Shown one piece after another: positions 26,991-36,613 of a stretch of 64,000 nt of DNA (the stretch's first letter is position 1; every line of letters starts with the position of its first letter). The notes beneath the pieces are model-generated. The model was given only the letters and a program-made list of their open reading frames with translations, searched no databases and was not told where the DNA came from. A program made the position numbers and the translations under genes. Origin of the DNA: an uncultured Candidatus Saccharibacteria bacterium (GTDB lineage: Bacteria > Patescibacteriota > Minisyncoccia > Minisyncoccales > Staskawiczbacteraceae); assembly GCA_964404005.1 (NCBI GenBank), contig CAYOIH010000001.1:226-64225 (forward strand), in the 5' to 3' direction.

Positions 26991-29307
26991 AAATCAGTGT
27001 AGATAGAAAGCTATCTATCTGGTCTTCCAGCTCAGGATTTGATTTAATAACTTCCGAAGCAATTTGTCTGGCCATGTTATAATTTCCTAATTCTTTGTAA
27101 ATAAGCATTATAGAAGTTTTGTATTGTATTTGTGAGCCGTTTATTACAAATAGTTTTTGATACAGGGGAAGCATTTCTTTATAGTTTTTGGTTTCCAAAT
27201 AAGCAGCCACCAGTTGCCTTAAAGAAATTTCATTTTCAACAGAATATCCGTCTTCTTTTGCTTTTTCTACAAATTCTTTTCCCGTTTTAACATCTCCCAA
27301 ATAAATATTAATTAATCCGGACATCCATAGGCAATCGCGGATTTTTGGGAATGTTTTTAAACAATAAACAGATTTTTCCTTTGCTCCCTTTAAATCTCCA
27401 AAAGAGACGTCAGCCATAAAAAAACTAAAAAGAATTGAGGGGTCTCTGGGGCTTAGTTCCATAGCCCTCTTAAAAGCTTCGTCGGACTTTTTTATAATTT
27501 CCGGGTCTTTGTTTTCTTTTGCGATTGTTGCCAGAGATTCTCCCAAGCGTAACCAATTTCTGTAGTCATATGGTTGTAATATTGTATTCTCTCCGGAAAT
27601 TTCTTTAACTTTTTGTGAAACAGAGCTATTTTCTTCGGGATGCGCAATAATCCTGTCTATTAGCAAATTTAAATAAACAGAATTGGCATAGGGGAGGAAA
27701 AAGGTGTTTATTTTGGACTGTTCATCCATAATTTTTATAGTATCTTTCCAGTTTTTCGATGATTCTGCCCGCGCAATAACAATTTGTTTATTCATTTGTA
27801 GAGGAATAAGATTATATTGCCATAAGAATATTATTAATATCAAAAATAAAATGACTATTATTATTGGTTTCCACCAGGTACTGTTTTTAGGTTCAGCGTT
27901 TTTCAGCGCCGTTATCAGCGTAGCATCAGCATTATTCAATGAAATTAAATGCAGTGAATAAGCAGATAAAAAGAAAAAAATAAGCATAATAGCAGCGCCG
28001 TCAATGGACGCCAAGCCAGCTATAAAAAAAGCTATGAATCCCGCTTGTAGTCCATGGGCAACCGGGTATTTTTTCTTGATTTTTTGGAGGCCCCATAATA
28101 ATGAAAGGAAAAAAACAAGGTAAAAAATTAAAGCAAAAATTCCGGAATCAACCAAAATTTGTATTAAATAATTATGCGCCCTGTCAAAATCTTTTATGTC
28201 TTCCATTGCAGGCAAATTGGGGTCATAGTGTTTGTTGAAAGCAACGTAAAAGTTTTCCGGCCCATATCCAAAATATGGCTTTTCAAAAAAAGCCGATATC
28301 GATATTTTCCAGGCAGATATTCTTGACGGGTCAACTGCAGCGCCTGTTGTCAGCGATGCTGTCCGGCCGACAGTGTCTTTTATTAAGTTGGGCATCCCTG
28401 CATAAATTTGAGGGTTGGCACTTAAAAAGAAAAGAAAAAAAATAAATACCATTGGTAAAACTACGGCACTTATTTTTAACCACTTAAATTTTTTAGGACT
28501 CGCCCCGTTAGAGATTACATTATCTCTAGCGGGGTAAAAAATTAAAAAACAAAAAAGTCCAACCAACATGCCTAAAATAGCAGCTCTTGTTTGGGTTATA
28601 AAAATAATTACAAAAGAATAAAAAATAACAAGGAACAAATAAGAGTATTTTTTTACTTTATTTGCTTCTGATATAAAAAATGATAAAGAAAGAAAAAGAA
28701 GCGGTAAAAGGTAAAGAGCAAGAATTATTGGATTTCCCAATGTTGAGCTTGGCCTGTAAGTTGTTACGGCCAGAAATGATGCAAAAAATCCAAATTGCTG
28801 AAGGACAGCTATTAACCCTACCAAAAATCCGATAATCAATGAAAAATCAAGCAGTTTTTTCCAGCTTGCCTCGCCCGTTGGCGGGTCTTCTTTTTTTATA
28901 ATTGAAAAACAGAAGATGCAGAAAAGGATAAAAAACGAAAAATTAATAAATCCGGCGCCTCTTTCTGGGGTTCCCCATAAACTACGGGAAACATCCAGGG
29001 AAAATAATGTTGAAATAAAAACCGCGAAGAAATATGCCAAAAGCGAAATTAACGGAAGAAAGGTTTTCGTGTGCGGATTAAAAACTTCTTTAAAATTTAC
29101 CTGCCCTGAGCCGTGCCGAAGGGTTTTTTCTTTAACCAAATAAATAAAACCCAAAACCGCCAATAGCGACCTAAAAACAATGGCCTGTGTGTATGCCGAG
29201 GGAGTAAACCATGGCGGAACATTTAAAGCCGGCAAGGCTAATATTATAAAGAACCCAGCTATATATAACCAGTAAAAATTGTTACTTTTTTCGTTGATTT
29301 TAGCCAT
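26980..29307 (-). CDS. Wzy_C/O-antigen-ligase-family membrane protein with C-terminal TPR repeats (possible protein O-oligosaccharyltransferase)
   Basis: ~12 TM helices, ITQTRAAILGMLVGL Wzy_C motif, C-terminal TPR-like helical repeats; contains in-frame family-1 (TLRHGSGQ) and family-2 (PARDNVISNG) repeats. Confidence 0.6.
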   Translation of the reverse strand: MAKINEKSNNFYWLYIAGFFIILALPALNVPPWFTPSAYTQAIVFRSLLAVLGFIYLVKEKTLRHGSGQVNFKEVFNPHTKTFLPLISLLAYFFAVFISTLFSLDVSRSLWGTPERGAGFINFSFFILFCIFCFSIIKKEDPPTGEASWKKLLDFSLIIGFLVGLIAVLQQFGFFASFLAVTTYRPSSTLGNPIILALYLLPLLFLSLSFFISEANKVKKYSYLFLVIFYSFVIIFITQTRAAILGMLVGLFCFLIFYPARDNVISNGASPKKFKWLKISAVVLPMVFIFFLFFLSANPQIYAGMPNLIKDTVGRTASLTTGAAVDPSRISAWKISISAFFEKPYFGYGPENFYVAFNKHYDPNLPAMEDIKDFDRAHNYLIQILVDSGIFALIFYLVFFLSLLWGLQKIKKKYPVAHGLQAGFIAFFIAGLASIDGAAIMLIFFFLSAYSLHLISLNNADATLITALKNAEPKNSTWWKPIIIVILFLILIIFLWQYNLIPLQMNKQIVIARAESSKNWKDTIKIMDEQSKINTFFLPYANSVYLNLLIDRIIAHPEENSSVSQKVKEISGENTILQPYDYRNWLRLGESLATIAKENKDPEIIKKSDEAFKRAMELSPRDPSILFSFFMADVSFGDLKGAKEKSVYCLKTFPKIRDCLWMSGLINIYLGDVKTGKEFVEKAKEDGYSVENEISLRQLVAAYLETKNYKEMLPLYQKLFVINGSQIQYKTSIMLIYKELGNYNMARQIASEVIKSNPELEDQIDSFLSTLIYAD
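28503..28534. repeat. family-2 inverted-repeat element, 6-nt spacer, in-frame inside Wzy_C gene
   Basis: ccccgttagagat tacatt atctctagcgggg (1 mismatch). Confidence 0.55.
29101..29122 (-). repeat. family-1 repeat copy (in Wzy_C gene, sense to that minus-strand gene)
   Basis: revcomp = ccttcggcacggctcagggcag. Confidence 0.8.
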
Positions 29308-29357
29308 GGTTTGTGATACAAATATAAAATAAAGATTATTCTCTGATAATACAAATT

Positions 29358-29804
29358 ATGAAGCAAAAAAGCAACAGAAAAGTTGTAATAACCTCCGGAT
29401 ACTACAACCCCTTACATATTGGTCATGTAAATTTAATTAGAGAAGCTAAAAACTTGGGAGATTTTTTAGTTGTTATAGTAAACAATGATAAGCAGGTGGA
29501 AGCAAAAGGTTCAGTTCCTTTTATGCCGGAAGGAGAGCGGGTAGAGATAATTAAAGCCGTAAAAGATGTAGATGAAGTATTTTTATCTATAGATGAAGAC
29601 AGAACGGTTATTAAAAGTTTGGAGAGGGTTTTTCAAAAACATAAAGGAAAAGAATTATTGTTTGCCAAGGGCGGAGACAGTACGAGTGAAAATGTCCCGG
29701 AAATGGAGGTTTGTGAGAAATTTGGAGCAAAGATTATTTTTGACGTTGGCGGCGGAAAAGTTCAAAGCTCTTCTTGGCTTATAGAAAAATCAATCAAGAG
29801 GTGA
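29358..29804 (+). CDS. cytidylyltransferase-like nucleotidyltransferase (TagD/RfaE-domain-II-like)
   Basis: VVITSGYYNPLHIGHVNLIREAK (HxGH motif), ~148 aa. Confidence 0.55.
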   Translation: MKQKSNRKVVITSGYYNPLHIGHVNLIREAKNLGDFLVVIVNNDKQVEAKGSVPFMPEGERVEIIKAVKDVDEVFLSIDEDRTVIKSLERVFQKHKGKELLFAKGGDSTSENVPEMEVCEKFGAKIIFDVGGGKVQSSSWLIEKSIKR

Positions 29805-29848
29805 GCGTTATTAAATGACACTTTTTGACCCCTATTGACACCGAGTTA

Positions 29849-30118
29849 ATGGGGGTTTATTATTCATTAATGGAAGAAGAAATACAACCTCGTAAAATAT
29901 ATACCCCGAAAGAGGCCAGGGACTTTCTGAAGGTTTCGGAAAGCACCATGAAAAGAATGCTAAAAAGTGGAATTATCAAGGCTTATAAAGTAAGTGGCCA
30001 GTATAGAATTTGGGGAAGCGAGATATTAATTCTTGTGTCGCCCAAATTGGAATCTAAGGTATATAAAGTTTATAAAAAAATAAGAGAAAATACTCAAAAA
30101 ACCATTGAAAAATGGTAA
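29849..30118 (+). CDS. excisionase-family HTH DNA-binding protein
   Basis: PKEARDFLKVSESTMKRMLKSGIIKAYKVSGQYRI matches MerR-like excisionase-family HTH (xis/AlpA type). Confidence 0.5.
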   Translation: MGVYYSLMEEEIQPRKIYTPKEARDFLKVSESTMKRMLKSGIIKAYKVSGQYRIWGSEILILVSPKLESKVYKVYKKIRENTQKTIEKW

Positions 30119-30127
30119 CTAAAAAAT

Positions 30128-30871
30128 ATGCAATCAAATAAAAAAGTGGGAATTTTGGGATATGGTGAAATCGGCCAGGCAATTGCCAAGTTTTACAAAA
30201 ACCCGAAGATTAAAGATTTAAAAAGGGATGAAGGCCTTGAAGGTATCGAAATTTTGCATATTTGTATCCCCTGGTCAGATAAATTTGTAGAAATTGTAAA
30301 AAAACAGATAAAAGAAACAAATCCAAGGCTTACAATCATCCATTCTACCGTGGCCCCCGGAACCACAAGGAAGATTATCAATGGCTTGCCCCGAGCTTGT
30401 CGAGGGGTTGTCCATAGTCCTGTAAGGGGCATACACCCGAAGTTATATGAGGGAATAAAAACGTTTGTAAAATATATCGGCGCCGATGACAAAAAAGCCG
30501 GGCAAATGGCAAAAAAACATTTTAAAAGTTTAGGGATAAAAACAAAAACTTTTTATCCGACAACCACCACAGAATTAGGAAAAATTTTAGATACTACCTA
30601 TTACGGTGTTTGTATCGCCTGGCACGGCGAAATGAAAGAGATATGCGATAAGTTCGGCGTTGATTTTGAAAGTGCAGTGACAGATTTTAATAAAACTTAT
30701 AATGAGGGGTACACAAAGCTTGGGAAAAAGAATGTTGTAAGGCCAGTTTTATATCCGCCTCAAAATGGTAAACCAAAACACTGCATCATCCCAAACGCTG
30801 AAATTCTCAGCCGATACTACAAAACGCCGATTTTCGAATTATTATTGAAGAAGTATAAAAACAAACTTTAA
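30128..30871 (+). CDS. Rossmann-fold NAD(P)-binding dehydrogenase-like protein (nucleotide-sugar dehydrogenase N-domain-like)
   Basis: VGILGYGEIGQAIA dinucleotide fold; HSTVAPGTT resembles UDP-sugar dehydrogenase N-domain; only 247 aa. Confidence 0.3.
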   Translation: MQSNKKVGILGYGEIGQAIAKFYKNPKIKDLKRDEGLEGIEILHICIPWSDKFVEIVKKQIKETNPRLTIIHSTVAPGTTRKIINGLPRACRGVVHSPVRGIHPKLYEGIKTFVKYIGADDKKAGQMAKKHFKSLGIKTKTFYPTTTTELGKILDTTYYGVCIAWHGEMKEICDKFGVDFESAVTDFNKTYNEGYTKLGKKNVVRPVLYPPQNGKPKHCIIPNAEILSRYYKTPIFELLLKKYKNKL

Positions 30872-30875
30872 AAAT

Positions 30876-31056
30876 ATGAAAAAAGCGCTAATAACCGGAA
30901 TTTGCGGCCAAGACGGGTTTTATTTATTGGAGTTTTTGCTGTCCAGACACCCAAAGAGCAGAAAAAGAGTTTGGTTTTAAGACAAAGATAAAATTAGAAG
31001 ACGGCATAAAAAAACTATTCAATGGTATGAATCAACAAGAGAATAAAAAATATTAA
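30876..31056 (+). pseudogene. remnant: GDP-mannose 4,6-dehydratase N-terminus (34 aa, then stop) fused to an epimerase C-terminal tail
   Basis: [22 protein letters not shown] matches Gmd N-terminus (intact gmd at 44170 starts [22 protein letters not shown]); followed out of frame by FGFKTKIKLEDGIKKLF C-terminal epimerase-like tail. Confidence 0.55.
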
Positions 31057-31077
31057 TTAAATTAACAAATTAAAAGT

Positions 31078-32223
31078 ATGCCAGGATGGGAATTATTAGG
31101 TAAAGAAGAAAAAGAAGCCGTTGATGAAATATTTGATAAAAGCAACGGCGTTTTATGCCGTTATGGCTTAGACCAACGAAGGAACAATATTTTCAGAGTT
31201 AAAGAATTTGAAAAAACCTTGGCGCAAAAATTAGGCGTCAAACATTGTCTTTTTGTCTGCAATGGCACAGCCGCATTAAAAATCGCGCTTGTTGCTATGG
31301 GGGTTAAGGCGGGAGATGAAGTAATTACCCAAAGTTTTACTTTTGTCGCAACAGCCGAAGTGGTTTTGGAATTGGGGGCAAAACTTGTTATAACCGAAGT
31401 TGACGAATCTTTGAATATGGATCCGCAAGATTTAAAACAAAAAATTACTTACAAAACAAAAGTTATAATCCCGGTCCATATGTCGGGAGTTGCGGCAAAA
31501 ATGGACGAAATATTGGAAATTGCGAAAGAAAAAAATATTCATGTTTTGGAAGACAGTTGCCAGGCACTGGGTGGAAAATATAAAGGGAAATATCTGGGTA
31601 CAATTGGAGATGCCGGCGTTTATAGCTTGGATATTGGAAAAATAATTACAACGGGCGAAGGCGGAGTTCTAGTCACAAACGACGACAGCCTTTATTTACA
31701 AGCAAAAGAATATTCAGATCATGGCCATCAGGACAAGATGGGCGTTCCAAGAGGCGAGGATACTCATTCGAGTTGGGGCTTTAATTACAAAGTTACTGAA
31801 CTCCAGGGGGCAGTAGGTTTGGCTCAGTTAAAAAAGATAGATTATATTTTGCAAGCGCAGAAAAAGAATAAAAAAATTATCAAGGAAGCTTTGCAGAATA
31901 TTAACGGAATAGAATTTCGTCAGCTTCCGGACTCAGAGGGTGATGCCGGGGACACGCTTATATTTTTTGTCGAGAATAAAGAAAAAGCATCAGAATTCGC
32001 TAAAAAATTTAAAGAAAAAGGTTTTGGCACTAAAAATTTACCGGATGCTCTTAATTGGCATTTTGCCGGAGACTGGAGCCATATTTTTCCACGGGTTGAT
32101 ATTTGGCCAAAATCAGAAGAAATTTTGAGGAAAGCTATAGCTATTCCTGTAATGGTTAATATGAATGACGAACAAATAAATAATATTATTAAAGCCATAA
32201 AAGAGGCAGCAGAAAAAATATGA
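31078..32223 (+). CDS. DegT/DnrJ/EryC1/StrS-family PLP-dependent sugar aminotransferase
   Basis: CNGTAALKIAL, active-site Lys region IGKIITTGEGG, ~380 aa. Confidence 0.8.
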   Translation: MPGWELLGKEEKEAVDEIFDKSNGVLCRYGLDQRRNNIFRVKEFEKTLAQKLGVKHCLFVCNGTAALKIALVAMGVKAGDEVITQSFTFVATAEVVLELGAKLVITEVDESLNMDPQDLKQKITYKTKVIIPVHMSGVAAKMDEILEIAKEKNIHVLEDSCQALGGKYKGKYLGTIGDAGVYSLDIGKIITTGEGGVLVTNDDSLYLQAKEYSDHGHQDKMGVPRGEDTHSSWGFNYKVTELQGAVGLAQLKKIDYILQAQKKNKKIIKEALQNINGIEFRQLPDSEGDAGDTLIFFVENKEKASEFAKKFKEKGFGTKNLPDALNWHFAGDWSHIFPRVDIWPKSEEILRKAIAIPVMVNMNDEQINNIIKAIKEAAEKI

Positions 32224-32855
32224 TATTAGGCGTGACTCCAGCAAGAGGGGGAAGCAAAGGCGTTCCCAAAAAAAATATAAAAGATATGTTGGGCAAGCCA
32301 CTTCTTGCTTGGACAATAGAATCAGCAAAGAAATCAAATCTTTTGGACAGATATATTGTCTCGACTGAAAACAGGGAGATAATGGCGGTCGCCAAAAAAT
32401 ACGGCGCAGATTTTTTAATAAGGCCCAAAAATCTTGCGACAGATAGCGCAACAACATTGTCTGTTTTAAAGCATGTTCTCGCGAAGATAGATGCTGACAT
32501 TGTGGTTATTTTGCAATGCACTTCCTCGGTGAGAGATGACGGCTTGATAGACAAATGTATTAAGAATTTTAAAGACAAGAGAGCCGATTCCTTGGCAACA
32601 GGATTTATGTGTAATTTTTTTGAATGGGGCAGTTACGATGGCAGGCGCCAGGACCTGAAAAACTTTTTCCACGACGACGGAAATATATACATCCTAAAGG
32701 CTGATTTAATAAAAAAAGCGAGCCATTTGAAGGACGCCTGGGGTAAAAAGCAGGAAAGAGTTGTCGTCAGTAAGGATCAGAATTTTGAAATAGATGATGA
32801 ATTTGATTTTTGGTTAAACGAACAGATATTATTAAAAAGAAAAAATAAATGCTGA
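32220..32855 (+). CDS. CMP-nonulosonic acid synthetase (acylneuraminate cytidylyltransferase family, NeuA/PseF/LegF-like)
   Basis: ILGVTPARGGSKGVPKKNIKDMLGKPLLAWTI N-terminal motif of the CMP-NeuAc synthetase family. Confidence 0.75.
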   Translation: MILGVTPARGGSKGVPKKNIKDMLGKPLLAWTIESAKKSNLLDRYIVSTENREIMAVAKKYGADFLIRPKNLATDSATTLSVLKHVLAKIDADIVVILQCTSSVRDDGLIDKCIKNFKDKRADSLATGFMCNFFEWGSYDGRRQDLKNFFHDDGNIYILKADLIKKASHLKDAWGKKQERVVVSKDQNFEIDDEFDFWLNEQILLKRKNKC

Positions 32856-32856
32856 T

Positions 32857-35544
32857 ATGAAAGTACTTTTTGTAATGCCTAATAAAGATGTTTTTGGCTA
32901 TAAGCCTATTGCACTAGCCCTTTTGTCGGCACTTTCTAAAAGACTAGGATGGGAAACAAAATTGTTTGATACAACAGGGATTGATTTTGGGTTTTCTGAA
33001 AGCAAAACCCTTTTCCAAGCTGCAAAAATATTCAAGCCCGTGGACTTTACGAAATACGACATGGCTAAGAAGAAAGTTGATTTAAAGGAAGAGTTCACAA
33101 ATGTATTTAAGGATTATAATCCTGATATTCTAGCTTTTTCTGTTTTAAGCGATCAGTTTATAATATCAAAGGAAATTTCGGAAACAGCAAAAAGGCTCAA
33201 TCCTAATATCGTAGTTATTTGGGGCGGAGCCCATGCAACATTGGACCCGGAGAATGTCCTGAAAAATTATGGGGCGGATTTCGTTTGTTTGGGGGAGGGG
33301 CTTGAAGCATTCCCTGAATTTTTGAGCGCATTTAAGGACGGGAAAGATCTATATAATATTAAAAATATTTGGGGTATTAGAAACGGGGAGATTATAAAAA
33401 ACGACTTAAGGCCGCTAAAACAGAACTTAGACGATTTGCCCTATCTTGATTGGGATATCTTTGATAAAAGGCATTTCTATAAACCATTTTCCGGAAAAGT
33501 ATATATAGGAGGAGACCATATGCTTAACTGGGGATGCGTAAATAATTGCACATATTGCATTAATAATTTTTATCACAATCTTTACGCAGGCAAAAAATGT
33601 GCTTTTCTTAGGCGTTATTCGCCCAAAAGAATCGTTGAAGAATTGAAATATTTGGAAGAAAAGTATGGAATAGAGTTTTTTAAATTTTTTGATGAAGATT
33701 TTCTGCTAAGACCATTGGACTCGCTTAAAGAATTAAGTGAGTTGTATAAAAAAGAGGTTAATGTCCCTTTTTCAATCGAAACTAATCCAAAATTTGTTGA
33801 CCGTGAGCGAGTAGCACTTTTAAAAAATATGAATTGCGTCAATGCTTCGCTAGGGGTTGAAACAGGCGACCTTAAGGCCCGAAAAGAAATATTGGGCAGA
33901 ATAGATTCCGAAGAAGATATTGTAAGGGCCTTTACTTTGTTGAGAGAGGCCGGGATAAAAACATCTTCTTTTAATATGCTCGGGCTGCCTTTTGAATCTA
34001 GGGAAGCTTATAAAAAAACAATCGAAATAAACAGGAAGGCGAATCCTCAATACCCGCAGTGCGGTTTTTTCTATCCTTTTAAAGGAACAAAACTTAGGGA
34101 TATTTCAATTAGTCTTGGTTTGTTTGACGATAAAAATAAGGATACGGCGATATGGCTATATGACAAGCCAGCTCTTCATTTTAAACACTTGACGGAGGAT
34201 GAGCTAGTGGAGATGAGAAATGTTTTTGTCTTTTACATAAAGCTACCCAGAGAATATGAGCCGTTCATAAGAAGGTCGGAAAAAAGAGATGAAATAGGCA
34301 CGAAACTGAGAAATAAAATTTCTGAAATATATGATAAAACTGTGTGGGCGAATGACGGCTGGTATGCAGACGATGGCTTTAAGGAAAATTATTTGGCGGA
34401 GTTAAAACAGATAACGGACAATATAGGCAGTATTGATTTTAGTGGCTTTTCGGGGTCGGCGAAAAAAAATGAAAATGGTTTTAAAAACTATAAAAATGTT
34501 CCTTATTATTTTTTTGGTAAAGGATCTGTCTCTGAGCTGAAAAATGTATTGTCGAGAAAAAGAGTACAAGGGCTTCCGACAGTTTTTTTAGTTGATGAAT
34601 TTTTTACCGATAAAAATGTGCAGAATATCCTGTCGCTGGAGCCGGCAGACATTTTGATTTTTGTTTCTACAAAACAAGAACCCAAAGCAGAGTATATTGA
34701 TGAAATAACTGATGGGATAAAATCAAAATTTCAAAAAGGCCTACCTTCGGCAATAATAGGAATGGGCGGAGGAACGGTAATGGATATTTCAAAATGTGTT
34801 TCTATTTTATTGACAAATCCAGGCAAAGCAGAAGATTACCAGGGCTGGAATTTAGTTAAAAATCCGGGTGTTTATAAAATTGGCATACCGACAATTTCAG
34901 GCACGGGAGCAGAAACGTCAAGAACAGGCGTGTTTACAAGCAAAAAAGTAAAATTGGGTATGAATAGCGAATATTCCATGTTTGACCAAATTATTTTAGA
35001 TCCAGAATTTTTAAAAACAGTGCCGAAAGAGAAATTCATTTATACCGCAATGGATTGTTACGCTCATGATGTTGAATTATTGAAAGGCAACGACAGCCAA
35101 CTGACTAAAGTTTTTGCCGCTAGTTCGTTAAATCTATTGCGAGGGGCGCTAAAAAATCCCCAGAAAATTGATTATGAAAAGTTGATGCTTTCTTCTTATC
35201 TTGGCGGAATCGCAATGGGAACGGCTTCGGGTGGGCACGTATGCCATCCGACCTCTTACGGCCTTAGTTTTGTTTTAGGATTAAGACACGGGATATCGGT
35301 GTGCATGGCATTTAATGCTTTGGAAGAATATTATGGAGATTTTTTGCCTGAGTTCAGGGATATTTTCTTCAGATTCAACGTGAATTTGCCCAAAGGTGTT
35401 ACAAAAGACGCCACAGAGCAGCAGATAGAAGAAATGGCGCAAGCAACGCTTAAAAATGAAAAACCGCTGGAGAGCGCTTTCGGAAAAAATTGGAGAGAGG
35501 TATTTACAAAAGAAAAAGTAAAAGAGATTTTAAGAAGAATATAA
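32857..35544 (+). CDS. fusion protein: B12-binding radical-SAM domain (N-terminal) + iron-containing alcohol dehydrogenase/DHQS-like domain (C-terminal)
   Basis: N-terminal B12-binding-like Rossmann domain, CVNNCTYC radical-SAM cluster; C-terminal GMGGGTVMD (GGGS motif) and His-rich metal site HVCHPTSYGL of the Fe-ADH/DHQS superfamily. Confidence 0.6.
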   Translation: MKVLFVMPNKDVFGYKPIALALLSALSKRLGWETKLFDTTGIDFGFSESKTLFQAAKIFKPVDFTKYDMAKKKVDLKEEFTNVFKDYNPDILAFSVLSDQFIISKEISETAKRLNPNIVVIWGGAHATLDPENVLKNYGADFVCLGEGLEAFPEFLSAFKDGKDLYNIKNIWGIRNGEIIKNDLRPLKQNLDDLPYLDWDIFDKRHFYKPFSGKVYIGGDHMLNWGCVNNCTYCINNFYHNLYAGKKCAFLRRYSPKRIVEELKYLEEKYGIEFFKFFDEDFLLRPLDSLKELSELYKKEVNVPFSIETNPKFVDRERVALLKNMNCVNASLGVETGDLKARKEILGRIDSEEDIVRAFTLLREAGIKTSSFNMLGLPFESREAYKKTIEINRKANPQYPQCGFFYPFKGTKLRDISISLGLFDDKNKDTAIWLYDKPALHFKHLTEDELVEMRNVFVFYIKLPREYEPFIRRSEKRDEIGTKLRNKISEIYDKTVWANDGWYADDGFKENYLAELKQITDNIGSIDFSGFSGSAKKNENGFKNYKNVPYYFFGKGSVSELKNVLSRKRVQGLPTVFLVDEFFTDKNVQNILSLEPADILIFVSTKQEPKAEYIDEITDGIKSKFQKGLPSAIIGMGGGTVMDISKCVSILLTNPGKAEDYQGWNLVKNPGVYKIGIPTISGTGAETSRTGVFTSKKVKLGMNSEYSMFDQIILDPEFLKTVPKEKFIYTAMDCYAHDVELLKGNDSQLTKVFAASSLNLLRGALKNPQKIDYEKLMLSSYLGGIAMGTASGGHVCHPTSYGLSFVLGLRHGISVCMAFNALEEYYGDFLPEFRDIFFRFNVNLPKGVTKDATEQQIEEMAQATLKNEKPLESAFGKNWREVFTKEKVKEILRRI

Positions 35545-35547
35545 AAA

Positions 35548-36603
35548 ATGGCAGCAGATAAAAATAATAAGAAAAATTCCATCAGTATCCATGGAAGAAA
35601 AATAGGTGAAGAATACGAACCTTTTATTATAGCTGAAATCGGCATAAACCACGAAGGAAGTTTAAAAAAAGCGAAGAAAATGGTAGATGATGCCCAAAAA
35701 TGCGGGGCAGAGTGCGTAAAATTTCAATCGCACGTAATTGAAGACGAAATGATAGAAAATAATGTTATCCCCGGAAACGCCAAAGAATCAATCTGGGATA
35801 TAATGAAACGTTGCGCCCTTACAGAAAAAGAGGAAAAAGAACTTAAAAAATATGTTGAAGACGCGGGCATGGTTTATTTATGCACGCCATTTTCTCGCGC
35901 CGCCGCAGACAGGTTGCAGAAAATGGGAGTGGTCGCTTTTAAAATAGGCTCAGGAGAGTGCAATAATTATCCTTTAATAGAACACATCGCTTCATTTGGA
36001 AAACCAACTATTTTGAGCACAGGCATGAATGACATAAAAAGTATCAGAAAAAGCGTTAATATTTTAGAAAAGGCAAAAGTGAATTATGCTTTGTTACATT
36101 GTACCTCTATGTATCCAACGCCGTACGATAAAGTAAGATTAAATGCCATAGCTGAACTTAGGAGAGAATTTAAAAATGCAGTCATAGGTCTAAGTGACCA
36201 TTCAATCGGCAATTATACATCTTTTGCGTCGATTCCCCTCGGCGCCTGTATAATAGAAAAACATTTTACTTCTGACAGAACTTGGCCGGGTCCCGACGTT
36301 CCTATTTCGATAATCCCATCAGAATTGGAAGATTTAATCAAGGGGACTAAAGCCATACACCAAGCCCTTGGCGGCAAAAAAAATATATTAAAAGAAGAAG
36401 CGCCGACCATAAAATTTGCTTATGCTTCGGTGGTCACAATAAATGATATAAAGAAAGGAGAAATTTTTACAAAAGAAAACCTGTGGGTTAAAAGGCCGGG
36501 AACAGGGGAAATAAAAACGGAACATTATTCAGAAATATTGGGAAAAAAATCGAAAAAAGATATTAAAAAAAATTCGCAATTAAAATGGGGCATGGTCGGC
36601 TAA
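35548..36603 (+). CDS. neuB: N-acylneuraminate-9-phosphate/nonulosonic acid synthase (NeuB/PseI/LegI family)
   Basis: IAEIGINHEGSLKKAKKMVDDAQKCGAECVKFQSH; C-terminal SAF/antifreeze-like domain. Confidence 0.85.
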   Translation: MAADKNNKKNSISIHGRKIGEEYEPFIIAEIGINHEGSLKKAKKMVDDAQKCGAECVKFQSHVIEDEMIENNVIPGNAKESIWDIMKRCALTEKEEKELKKYVEDAGMVYLCTPFSRAAADRLQKMGVVAFKIGSGECNNYPLIEHIASFGKPTILSTGMNDIKSIRKSVNILEKAKVNYALLHCTSMYPTPYDKVRLNAIAELRREFKNAVIGLSDHSIGNYTSFASIPLGACIIEKHFTSDRTWPGPDVPISIIPSELEDLIKGTKAIHQALGGKKNILKEEAPTIKFAYASVVTINDIKKGEIFTKENLWVKRPGTGEIKTEHYSEILGKKSKKDIKKNSQLKWGMVG

Positions 36604-36613
36604 ATTTTTTAAC

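Noticed and set aside
28916-29143. 75-aa + strand ORF containing a family-1 repeat
   Set aside because: Inside the well-supported minus-strand Wzy_C gene; the repeat is in sense orientation for the minus gene (TLRHGSGQ).
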